Made by a program: the position numbers and the translations under genes. A stretch of 64,000 bases of DNA, taken from positions 30,256,001-30,320,000 of the forward strand of contig JAGIQG010000021.1 of NCBI GenBank assembly GCA_024679065.1, read 5' to 3'. This document shows positions 39,306-51,917 of this stretch, piece after piece (position 1 is the first letter of the stretch; the number at the start of each line of letters is the position of its first letter). The stretch is from Sphyrna mokarran (lineage: Eukaryota). The notes beneath the pieces were generated by a model, which was not told the origin of the DNA, searched no databases, and saw only the letters and a list, made by a program, of their open reading frames with translations.

Positions 39306-39759
39306 GAACACACTGCACCCAGCCCCAAACTGAACTTATTTGAGTCCCTCCTGTGTCCTCTTCACTGCCCCCTCTGTGACTGGCACCAGTAAGGTAAAGG
39401 TGACCTGAGTGTTTACTTCCAATAGCCCCTTTGAAGATGAAGTTGCCTGGTTCACGTTTTTGTAAAACTGTTATAAAGCCACAGCTGTGATGTCACTGAC
39501 TAAATATTCAGTGAAGAGGGAAGGTCTCAGAGTGTGTGACCACTAATCACGTGCCAATGAATTAAATTAAGATTCCTGGACTCCTGCAGCCTTCTCCAGT
39601 TATTCCATTAGCAAATGTCATTGAAAATTGGAAATCATAATCTTGCCAGCGAGGTTCATGTTTTCCGATTCTCTCCAGGTTTTGCACTCGAGTCAGCGAT
39701 TCTGTATACAGCTAACACTGGCTCAAAATCGCCCACATTAAGAGTGGAAAATGTGGCTA

Positions 39760-42675
39760 AGCAAAGAAGTTAAATGTAACATAACGGCAAAAACTAAGGC
39801 AAACAATATTGCAAAGATCAGTGGCAGGCAAGAGGGTTGGAAAACTTTTAAAGATCAACAAAGGGTTACTAAAAAAGTAATAAAATGAGCAAATATAAGC
39901 TATGAAAGAAATATAGTGCAAAAAAAGTAAAATTTTCTATAAGTATGTAAAAAAGAAGAGACTAGTTGAATTCAACATTGTTCCTCGAGAGGACATGACT
40001 GGGGAACACAGAAAGTGGAGATGTCGGCGTTGGGCTGGGGTAAAACAGAAAGAAATCCCACAACACCGGTTTAAAGTCCAAACAGGTTTATTTGTAGCAA
40101 ACGCCACAAGCTTTCGGGTGGGATGACAAAAGAGGGGATAGGCTGTCCTGAAAGCTTGCAGCTTTTGCCACAAGTTAAACTGGTGGGATTTCTTTCTGTT
40201 AAACACAGAAAGAACAGAGACACAAAATCAATATTCTGCCTTGGTTTTCATGGAGGACACTAGAACCATCCCAACAGGTAAAGCAGAGGTTATTGAAAAG
40301 GAGAAATTAAAAGCAATCACCATCACGAAGGAAAAAGTAGTGAGCAAACTATTTGGATAAAAGGCAGACAAGTCCTCAGGTGCTGATGGCCTTCATCCGC
40401 GGATCTTAAAGGAAATGGCAGCAGAGATAGTGAAGGCATTGGTTATACTATTCCAAAAATTTCTGGATTCTGAATGGGTTCCAGTGGATTAGAAAAAAAG
40501 CTAATGTAACTACCGTGTTCAAAAAGACAGAGAGAAGGGAACTATAGTCCAGTTAGCTTAATATATGTCATTGCTGGGATCCATTATTAAGGAAATAATA
40601 ACATGACATTTGACAAGTCAAACCGCAATCCATCCAGCATGATTTTATGAAGGGTAAATCATGTTTGATTAATTTGATAGAGTTAATTGAAGGTGTAATA
40701 AGCAGAGTGGATAAGAGGGATCCTGTAAATGCAGCATATCTGGACTTCTAAAAGGCTTCTGATAAAGTGCTGCATAAAAGGGATGATATAAGGTAAGGTC
40801 CCATGGGTCTGGGTTTAATATATTGTTTTGATAAAGCGTTGGCTAACCAGGAAGCAGAAAGTGAGGATAAATGAGTTTATTTCGGGTTAGCAAGCTGTAC
40901 AAATTGTGTGCCACAGGTGTGTCCTTGGGTCCCAACCATTTGCTATCCATGTTCATGTCATAGTAGCAAGGATAGAATGTACTATAGCCAAATTTGCAGA
41001 TGACAATAAAATAGATGGGAAAGTAAATTTTAAAGTGGAAATATATTTACAAATTGATATGGATAGATGACTGAGACAAAATTTAGCAGGTAGAATGAGA
41101 GAGTATCCATTTTGGTCAAAGGAATAAAAAGACAACTTTTTATCTAAATGGAAAGAAATTTCAAAATATTTCAATGCAGAGGGATCTGAGTGTCCTCAGG
41201 CATGAACTGCAGAAAGTTAGTATGCAGGTGGAGTTTAATTTGGATATGATTAAGGTGATGCATTTTGGCAGATTGAACTAGGACAGGACCTACTCAGTTA
41301 ATGGTAGGGCATTGAGGAGAGTTATAGAACAAAGATCTCAGATACATGTTCATAACTTTTTGAAAATGGAGTCACAGGTGGACAGAGTGCTGAAGAAGGC
41401 ATTCAGCATGCTTGGTTTCATAGGTCAGAACATTGAATACAGGAGTTGGGTCATCTTGTTGAAGTTGTACAAGACAACAGTGTACAGTTCTGGTCACCCT
41501 ATTATAGAAAGGATATTATTAAACTAGAAAGAATGCAGAAAAGATTTATTAGGATGCTACCAGGACTTGGTGGTTTGAGTTATAGGAGGGGCTGGATAGA
41601 CTAGAACTTTTTTCTCTAGAGTGTAGAAGGCTGAGAGGTGATCTTACAGAGACCTATAAAATAATGAGGGGCATAGATCAGCTAGTTAGTCAACATCTTT
41701 TCCCAAAGGTAGAGGAGTCTAAAATTAGAGTGCATAGGTTTAAAGTGAGAAGGAAGAAATACAAAAGTGTCCAGAGGGGCATTTTTTTCACACAGAGGAT
41801 GGTGAGTGTCTGGAATAAGCTGCCAGAGGTACTAGTAGAGGCAAGTGCGATTTTGTTTTTCAAAAAACATTTAGACAGTTACATGGGTAAGATAGGTATG
41901 GAGCAACATGGACCAAATGCAGACAACTGGGACTAGTTTTGCCGTTTAAAAAAAAAGGTGCCATGGACAAGTTGGACCAGAGAGCCTGTTTCCATGCTGT
42001 AAACCTCTATGACTCTATAAGGTGCAGCAAGTAATAAGGAAGGAAAATGGAATTTTGGCATTCATTGCTAATGGAATAGAATATAAAAGCAGGGAAGTGC
42101 TGTTGCAACTGTATACGGCATTGGTGAGACTGCATCTGGAGTACTGCACCCAGTTTTAGTCACCTTATGTAAGGAAAGATGTAAAATACATTAAAGGTGA
42201 CTTAGAAAATATTCACTAGATTGCTCCAGGCATGAAGGACTTGTTTTATGAAGAGAGATTGAACAGTTTAGGCCCATACATGTTGGGGTTTAGAAGAATG
42301 TGAGGAAATCTGTAAGATGCTAAAAGGGATTGACAGGGTAGACATAAAGTAGGTGTTTCTCCTTGTTGGATATTGTAGAATAGTTTCAGGCTGAGCAGTG
42401 GCAGATTTAAAACATAAATGAGAAGGAACTGCTTCCCTCAAAGAGTTCTGAATCTGTGGAATTCTCTACTCCATAGTATAGTGGACACCAGAACACTGAA
42501 CAAATTGAAGGAGGAGATAGATAGGTTTTTGGTTAGTTTTGGGATTAAGGGTTGTGGGGAGTGGACAAGAAATTGGAGATGAGGCTGAGATGAGATCAGC
42601 TATGAGTGTATTGAATGGCAGAGCAGATTCAAAAGGCTGAATTGCCTGCTGCTGCCCCTAGTTCTTATATTCTTA
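39760..42675 (+). mobile_element. Old CR1 with a nested younger CR1 3' fragment (about 41232-42019) and a hairpin element (40016-40201)
   Basis: RT motifs (DKSSGADG, KFADD). The outer element reads gttagtatgcaggtg|...|aggtgcagcaagtaataagg across the nested copy (ORFs 41312-41527, 41664-41936). Confidence 0.85.
40016..40201. mobile_element. Older hairpin element of the same family, 11-bp TSD
   Basis: TSD aacacagaaag at 40005-40015 and 40202-40212; shares the ggagatg.cggcgttgg.ctgggg tail. Confidence 0.75.
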
Positions 42676-43664
42676 TAAGAGGGAAGATATATTTTTAAAT
42701 TCCAATACAATTATGTTAAATAGTTTTCTCCATTTGTACCTTTTTGAGATGTTTGGGCATTTTAAAGGAACTTTAGTATATCTGACACTTTCTATTGGCA
42801 AGTAGCTAATCCGGAACAGATATTTCATATAACTGCTGCCCTCTGCCAGCTGTTTATGTTACTGCAGGCACCTATAGGCACAATAATAAAATTTCGGATT
42901 GATTTACAAGTTTCCACTGCTCATCCACAGTATTATATCCCATGTTCGATTATGCACAAAGGCACGGAACTTTTCATAACATCTTTTTGACTCATGCAAA
43001 TCTTACGGGTTTTTCCCAGAACACATCCCGTAATGAGACAACTGTTCACTTACATCAGTGGAAGCAACATAGATGACAGAGGGAATGAGCAGGAGAGGAG
43101 CCTGAGGAAAGACGTGAATCGGGCAAAAGGAGCCTCAAGCATTTAGGAAGTTGGACAAAATCTGGAGATGAGGAGTACGGGGAAGATTTGATAGTCAGAG
43201 TATGCCAGTGTGATGGTCATATTAGTATACCAGCTATTCAGACTTTGAAACTAAATCCATACATCTGCTAAATTGTTGGGTTAGCAACCGATAGGAAGTA
43301 TTAGCCTGATCTTTTCTCGTCAATATATGAGTCTATCGTACAGTCTGTGATTGACTTATTTACTATCACCGTCATTAGGCAAGCAAAGACAAGGCAATAA
43401 GATGACTTGTCATATCAATCTTCCCCCTATTTTCTTTTGTGGGGTGTAGCCTCTTATTCTCTAGATATAGTATCTTTATTTTTATTTGCACTTCTCACAA
43501 ATGAACTTTGGTCCGGATCCTGAGGTTGATTGGAATCAATGGAAAATTCCCGATGTATTTCTTATGATTGCTCTCCAGTGTTGACTGTAGTTCATGGTTT
43601 GTAAATCATTGTTATTTATGTGCATTTTGAGGCGTGGTCCAGGCGATCTCTGACTTCTTTCCCC

Positions 43665-43883
43665 TAAACTAATTACAACACTAAGGTGCAATTTAGCATG
43701 GCTAATTGATCTAACCCGCCCATCTTTTGAGTGTGGGAGGAAACGGGAGCATGCGGAGAAACACACTCAGTCACAGGGAGAAAGTGCAAACTCCACACAG
43801 TCACCCAAGGCTGGAATTGAACTTGGATGTCTGGCGCAGTGAGAGAACTGTTAGCAATGCTAATTGCTGTGCCACTGCACCAG
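43665..43883 (-). mobile_element. HE1/V-SINE-type SINE
   Basis: Core and head in reverse orientation. Confidence 0.75.
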
Positions 43884-46756
43884 CTTGGTTCCCTAAAAAA
43901 CTAAAAATGTCAAGCTCAGCCATAACTGTACTCAATGATGGAGCACTCACAATCCTCTAGGATAGAAAATTCCCAAGATTCAATGCCCTAAGAGTGAAAT
44001 CTCTCTTCATCTGTCCTAAATGATTGCCCAGATCAGCTACCAGTGTAATGATCTCCCAGTGTCTCCCAATTCAGCCACCAGTGAAATAATCTCCCAGAAC
44101 AAAACCTTGGCTAACAATAACAAGGTGTTTTTTTCTCCTGCTCTCCAATCCCTTTGCACTAAAAGCTAAAATGCCCGTTGCCTTTTGCATTGATTATATG
44201 AGCACCCCTATGTCTCTTTGAACATCGATATTTAGAAGTTTTACACCTTTTAAAAAATATATTTGAGTCTCAGCCCAGGACTTGATGATCGAGGAAGTTG
44301 TGTTCATATCATGGTCAAACAGGTTCAGTGTATCAACTTGCAAATCCTTATAAACAGGTCAATGACTGATGATAAGAGTGGGAGAGATGGCTGGGCAGCC
44401 TTGCTTGATGTGGAGTGGCATGCAGACTTGTGGTCTGTTCCAACAATTACTAGCTATGGAGACAGACAATGGTCTGCCTTAGTGCACCAGTAGGTGCGAG
44501 AAAAGAATTGGAATTTGAAAAATATTTTGCTTTTATATTCCTATGACCATTTGTCTATTTTAGCCTCCATCTGATATCTTATTTTCACTCACTTGACCTA
44601 TCTAAATTTCTATATATAACCTATTAGGTTATTATAGGTAACCTATCTATATATCTCTGTCCTCCCCACAGCTTATCTTCTTGGCTAGCTTAGTTTATCA
44701 ACAAACTTAGACAAACTCTCTGTTCATTCATCTAAGTCATCAATATAAATTATAAATAGCTGAGGCCCCAGCACTTGTATTTACAGCACTCCACTAGTCA
44801 CGGCTTGTGAACTTGAAAATGGCTCACTTACGCCCTTTATTTTTCTTCTAGTCTGTTAACCCATACTGGACATGTGCTAATATATGACCCATCTCTGTCA
44901 GCCCATATTTTGCCTTTTGGAAATCCAGGAATATTAAATGTAAAGGTTCTCCTTTATCTACCTTTATCATGGGTAGAGGTGGGAACATCAGGGTGGCGGC
45001 GCGGGCTCGTTGGGCCGAAGGGTCTGTTTCCTGTGCTGTTTTGTTCTTTGTACTTGCACTAGTTACATCCTCAGAAAACTCAAATAAATACAAGGAACAA
45101 AATTCCCTTTTTCTAAAACCTTGCAACCTTTTATGTATTCATGGGAATATTACCTCAGGCTCAAATTGGTGAGATGAAACAAGTCAGGTTGGTTCCATAG
45201 AGCAGGACAACAAAGAGAAGCACTGAAAGAGTGTGTTAATGACTGCATTGAACCTGATTTTTCATCAATGAAAATTAATGTACTGAGGTCACAGTCACTA
45301 AAAATTTCATTCAATAATAGGGTCAAACTATTCTGAAACTGTGAGAGTTAGAAAATTAATATTCATAGAGTGAGCTGGGAGATGACAACATATTGAATAA
45401 CTGTGCAGAGAATGGGGAACTTAGGGTTTGGCAAAAGTTAGCAAGGACTAAGTGAGTAAACAGCGAGTAATTTGAGAAGGTGAGTGACTAAAAGTCATTC
45501 ACTAAAAGAACATCACTTCTAAATATTGATGTTCAAAGAGTGAGCAGAGTGGAGGGTGTGGGATCATGGCCAATGCTTGAAGGGAAAGTGAAATGTGCAA
45601 TCGCTGAAGAGAGATAATTATTTACAATGTTATTTACAAAGATAGAAAGGCAATTATACATCAGGAACTTAGTGAGAATGGAGATAAGGGAGGGAGCATT
45701 ATAATTATAGATATCAGCTGAAATAAGCTTGGGTAAGTCAAAGTGAGGATATCAGAACACAGACATCCGTTCATGGTTTGAATGAAAAAGAGAAATCCAG
45801 CTTCATTTAATTTCCTTGCTTTTGGTCTTACAGGTTCAAACACACATCTAAGTTTCTTAAGTAGGGAGAGATGGTAGTAATACTTTTGAATTAGTAATAT
45901 AGAGACACAGGTTGACTAATGCTTTGGGGACATGGGTTCAGATCCCACCATGACAGCTCGTGGGTGGAATTTGAATTCAATTAATAGAATCCGGAATTGA
46001 AAACTTATCTCAGTATGGTGACCATGACAACTATGACCAATTGTTGGAAAATGTTTTTGGATTACCAACTGCCTTGTGGTGAAGAACATCTGCCATGCTG
46101 TCCTAGTCCTGCTCTGGCTGACATGTGACTCCAGATCCACAGCAATGTGATTAACTCTTAATACCTCTAGTGTTGGACAGGTGTAATATCATTTGGTCAG
46201 TCCAAAGATTATGCAGGTTAGGTAGATTGACCATCCTAAATTATCCTTTGGTGTCCAAAGACGTATAGTTGAGGTGGATGAGCCATGGCAAATGTGTGAA
46301 GTTTCAGGGAATGGGGCAGAGGGAGCGGTAGCCTGGGAAAGATGCTCTTTCAGAGAGCTTGTGCAGGTTCAATGGGCCAAATGGCGTCTTTCGGCACTGT
46401 TAAGGTTTCTATAGTTCTACGGCTCAAAGCTTAGGAGGGAGAGAAAACATGATTGGAGAGGAGAGAGGCAGAGATAGAAGTCCAGGAAAGCAGAAGCCCT
46501 AATTTATTTTCTGCTCTGGAAAAGCCCTTCCTTTCCCTTGCGAAAATAATTCAAAGCATATTTTTTGCCCATTTTCAACTGTACTGACATTAAATGTACA
46601 CACTTGGACTCAATAAGTTTGATCTAAAATGGCAATCTATGTCCTAGGCCTGTCATTGGACTCCAATTTATATAATAAAAGAGGTCTGTTGCTTAAAACA
46701 ATGAACTTCAACAATCCATTGATAGGTCCTTGGAAAAATAGTGGAGATCAAAAAAC

Positions 46757-46881
46757 ATTAATATTATTAGGAAACTGTTTATAAACCATGATTATGCCAT
46801 AACAGACCTAGTATATTAATAGCATTAATATTCTTAGGACATTGTTTATAAACCATGATTAATCCATAACAGAGCTAATAG
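46757..46881. repeat. Two-copy direct repeat of about 57 bp
   Basis: attaatatt.ttagga.a.tgtttataaaccatgatta..ccataacaga.cta occurs twice. Confidence 0.85.
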
Positions 46882-47689
46882 TGAGCTGAGACAGTCATGC
46901 CAGGCTTAAATAACCTGCTCACATTCATAGTTCAGGCTGATATGAATGGATATAGGTGGATATAGAATCTTTGTGGGTAAGTTATCAAAGATGGTTTGAC
47001 CCCCCAATGCATCTTGGCACAATGAGAATTCAGTGATAAGGCAGAGGTAGCATGTATTAAAAGGAAAGCCACCAAAAACATAAGAGGAACTATGGATGGG
47101 ATTTTTCCATCTTGCTCTTTTGGTTGAGTAGTGGGGCAGGAAATATAAGTGAGAGGGGACAGATCAGGTTTGCGTTGGTTTATCACCTCTTGCAATATTC
47201 CTAGCCTCACTTTCTACCAGCAGAATCAGCCTCGCACAAGGGAAGGGAGTAAGATGAATTTAAATATTCATGACATGTTTTATAATCATCCAGGCTCACC
47301 TACCTTTCTCAGCTTGCTGATTGAGGACCTCACCAGAGACAAGCATAGATGATTCTCGCCAACAGGGACCAGTTGTAATGGCCTTGTTGGTGGGACCGGA
47401 GGCCATTTAAGCCCCAATGGTGGAGGGAGCAGGGTTGGGCAATGGCCCTTGGGCAGTGCCAACCTGGCACCCTGGCAGTGCCAAGGAGGCAGAGCATGAG
47501 GGGGCAGAGAGAGAGGGGAGTGACAGATCTCCTAGTATATTGTGTATACAGGGTACACATTCTATTGGGAGATCTCTTCAGCTAACAGCTTCGGACGAGC
47601 TGAAACTCTACACCCTCCTACTAGCAAGATTCACATTATGGCCTCTGTATTGCACAGAGTGCCATAAATTACCATAACCATTACTATTA

Positions 47690-50600
47690 ACATAGAACAC
47701 TACAGCACAAACAGGCCCTTCGGCCCACGAGTTACGCCGATCACATCTATACCTCCCAATCCACAGACCTATCTATAACCCCCTATCCCATTAGTTCCCA
47801 TATACTCATCCAGAAGTCTTTTAAAAGACCCCAGCAAGTTGACCTTTACCACCCCTGACGGCAGCTGATTCCATTCACTCACTATCCTCTGAGTGAAAAA
47901 CTTACCCCTAACATCCCCCCTGTATTTGCTTCCCTGCACCTTAAATCTGTGTCTTCTCGTAGTGACCATTTCAGCTCGGGGAAATAGCCTCTGAGAATCC
48001 ACCCTATCTATTCCTCTCAACATTTTATGAACCTCTATCAGGTCACCTCTCAACCTACGTCTCTCCAGGGAGAAGAGTCCCAGCTCCCTCAACCTATCTT
48101 CATAAGGCCTGCCTCCCAATCCAGGCAGCATCCTTGTAAATCTCCTCTGCACCCTTTCAATAGCCTCTACATCCTTCCTATAGTGAGGCGACCAGAACTG
48201 CGCACAGTACTCCAAGTGGGGTCTGACAAGGGTCTTATAAAGCTGCATCATTACCTCCCGACTCCTAAACTCAATTCCTCGATTAACGAAGGCCAGTACA
48301 CCATACGCCTTCTTGACCACTTCCTCCACCTGTGAGGCCGATTTAAGAGTCCTATGGACCTGGACACCAAGATCCTTCTGCTCTACAACACAGCTAAGAC
48401 TCCTACCCTTGATATTGTATTCCTTCATCCCATTATTCTTGCCAAAATGGACCACTACACATTTATCCGCGTTGAAGTCCATCTGCCACTTCTCCGCCCG
48501 GTCTTGCATCCTGTCTATGTCCCGCTGCAACTTTTGACATCCCTCCAGACCATCACAACACCACCAACCTTTGTATCATCGGCAAACTTACTAACCCATC
48601 CCTCCACTTCCTGATCCAGGTCATTTATGAAAATGACAAACAGCAAGGGTCCCAGAACAGATCCCTGGGGCACTCCACTGGTGACCGACCTCCATTCAAA
48701 AAAAGACCCATCCACAACCACTCTCTACCTTCTGCCGGCAAGCCAGTTCTGGATCCACAAGGCCAAAGCCCCTTGGATCCCATGCCCTCTCACCTTCTCA
48801 AGAAGCCTTGCGTGGGAGGACCTTATCAAACGCCTTGCTAAAGTCCATGTACACCATGTCCACCGCTCTTCCTTCGTCAATGTGTTCAGTCACATTTTCA
48901 AAGAACTCAACTAGGCTCGTAAAGCACGACCTGCCCTTGACAAAACCATGCTGACTATTTCTGATCATTCTAAACTTCTCCAAATGCTCTTAAATCTTGT
49001 CCCTCAGAAGCCTCTCCATCAGCTTACCAACCACTGAGGTCAGACTCACTGGTCGGTAATTTCCTGGACTATCCTTGTTCCCTTTCTTAAAAATAGGAAC
49101 CACATCCGCAATCCTCCAATACTCTGGAACCTCTCCCGTTTCCATGGACAATGCAAAGATCACCGCCAGGGGCTCTGCAATCACTTCCCACAATAACCTG
49201 AGGTACATCCCATCCGGTCCCGACGACTAGTCTATCTTGATAGAATTTAACAGGTCTAACACATCCTCTTTCCTAACATCCACATACTCAATCTTTTCCG
49301 TTTGCCTCAAACCTGCAGTGCAATCTCCCAGTTCACTTTCCACTGTGAATACCGAGGCAAAGTACTCATTAAGCACCTCTGCCATTTCTTCTGGATTCAC
49401 ACAGACTTTTCCCCCTTCACCTTTTATAGGCCCTATTCCTTCTCTTCTCATCCTTTTACTTTTCACATATTTGTAGAAGGCCTTGGGATTCTCCTTAATC
49501 TTACCTGCCAAGGCCTTCTCATGACCCCTCTGGCTCTCCTAATTTCCTTTTTAAGCTCCCTTCTACACACCTTATACTCCTCTAGATCCCTAACATCTCC
49601 TAGCTCTCTGAACCTTTTATACATCTTTCTTTTCTTCCTGACTAGATTCACCACAACCTTTGTGCACCACAGTTCCCGCATCCTACTAAAACCTCCTTGT
49701 CTCCTTGGAACGTTGTCTTGCAGAGCCCCAGACAAACATTCCTTGAATATCCGCCACTTTCCACTCTTCCCCAAGAACGCCTCCTTCCAGTTTATACGTC
49801 CAATTACTTGCCTAATGTTTTCATATTTCCTCTTACTCCAGATAAACACCTTCCTAACCTGCCTGATCCTATCTCTTTCCATTGCTATTGTGAAGGAGAT
49901 AGAATTATGATCTCCATCCCCAAGATGCTCTCCTACCGAGAGATCCGACACCTGTCCTGGCTCATTAGCCAGCACCAGGTCAAGTACAGCCTCTCCACTC
50001 GTAGGCTTATCCACGTACTGTGTCAGGAAACCTTCCTGAACACACCTAACAAACTCTTCCCCATCCAAACTCCTTACCCTTGGGATATTCCAGTCAATGT
50101 TTGGGAAATTGAAATCTTCCATCACGACAACTCTGTTATTTCTACATCTTTCTAGGATCTGTTTCCCTATCTGCACCTCAACTTCCCTGTCACTATTGGG
50201 CGGCCTATAGAATACACCCAGTAGTTATTGACCCTTTGCTGTTCGTAACTTCCACCCACAGGGACTCCGTAGACATTCCCTCCCACCTTCTCTGCAGCCA
50301 TGACACTGTCCTTGATCAACAGTGCCACTCCACCACCTCTTTTGCCCCCAACCCTGTCCCTCCTGAAGCATCTGAATCCCAGCACCTGAAGTACCCAGTC
50401 CTGTCCCTGAGACAACCAAGCTTCAGTAATGGCCACCACATCACACTCCCAAGCAGCAATCCACGCCTTAAGCTCATCTACCTTATTTCCTACACTCCTG
50501 GTGTTAAAATAGACACACCTCAGCCCCTCAGTAAGGATATTTCCCTTTTCCACCACCCGTCTAACCCCCCCCTCATACTGTCTACAGTCCTTCCCTACCT

Positions 50601-51917
50601 GGGAGCTAACTTCCTTGTTCTCAGTCTCATCGATAATCCCACCCCTCAGCCTTTCTGGTTTAAAGTTCCCCCAGAAGTCCTAGCCAGTCTTTCCACCAAG
50701 ATATTAGTCCCCCTAGAATTCAAGTGCCACCCGTCCTTACTGTACAGGTCGCACCTGCCCCTAAAGAGGTCCCAATGATCTATGAACCTGAATCCCTGCT
50801 CCCTGCTCCAGTCCCTCAGCTATGCATTCATCTTGCACCTCATTCTATTCCTGCTCTCACTTTCCCGTAGCGCAGGCAGCAATCCTGAGATTACTACCTT
50901 CGCTTTCTTCTTTTTCAGCTTCCTACCCAGTTCCCTATAATCCCTTTTCATGACTGTCTCCCTCTTCCTGCCTATGTCTGTAGTACCCATATGCACTACA
51001 ACTTCAGATTCCTCACCCTTCCCTTTCAGGATGTCTGGGAGGTGTCCAGAGACATCCTGGATCCCAGCTCCAGGAAGACAAACCACCATCTGCAACTCTC
51101 GCCTGCGTCCACAAAAACGCCTGTCTGAACCCCTCACAGTGGAGTCCTCCTACTGCCTTGCCTCTGTCTTCCTTAGATTTTTGGCATACTGGCTCAGCTT
51201 TAGAGAGCGGGCCACCGCTGCCTCCCTCGGATGAGTTGTCCCCCCTAGTAGTACACAGGCAGGAGTACTTATTATGAAGGGGGACACCCTCCAGTGTGCT
51301 CTCCATCACCCGAGGTTTCCCCTTCCTAATAGTTACCCACGTGCCTTCTTCCTGTTGCCCTGGTGTGACCACCTGCTGATAGCTCTTATCAATTATCTCC
51401 TCATTCTCCCTAATGAGACGAAGATCCTCAAGCTGCATCTCCAGTTCTTTAACCTTGTCCCGTAGGGACTGCAGCTCCACACACTGAGCACAGGTATGGA
51501 TGTCTGGGAGACCAGTAGCCTCCAAGACCTCCCACATCTGGCACTGGCAACAACATACCGGTCTCACATCCATTATTTGCCCCCTTTTAGAAACCCAGAG
51601 GAAAAAGTAATAAAAACTTATAACTTATGCTGTCTCACCCTTCTGGCTTAGGCCTGTGAGCCAAAGCCCTTACAGCCACACAAAAAACAAAAAGCAAAAC
51701 AATCTTACCTGCTCTCTCTCTCTCTCTCTCACCGCTCCATTTTATAGTAAGGTTAAAAAAAACTCTACCCAAGTGTCTTTGCGACACTTTCCGGCATCCG
51801 GTAAATGTTTTAAAAAAAACTAGTAAAAATTAGTTTTAAAAAAAATCGCTCTACTCACCCACAAGCTCTCCTGTCAGAAATTGCTGCCTCTCTTCAGTGC
51901 CCCCAAGGAACAATGAG
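47690..51917 (-). mobile_element. Full-length but frameshifted CR1/HER1-type LINE (5' UTR, ORF1 zinc finger/coiled coil/SGNH esterase, ORF2 APE endonuclease + RT)
   Basis: ORF1 pieces 51013-51573 and 50820-51137 (CxxC..CxxC, VCLPGA, VVVHMGTTD); ORF2 pieces 50556-47769 ([39 protein letters not shown]); GTTCTAT tail; 13-bp TSD accatta(c/t)tatta at 47677-47689 and 51918-51930. Confidence 0.95.
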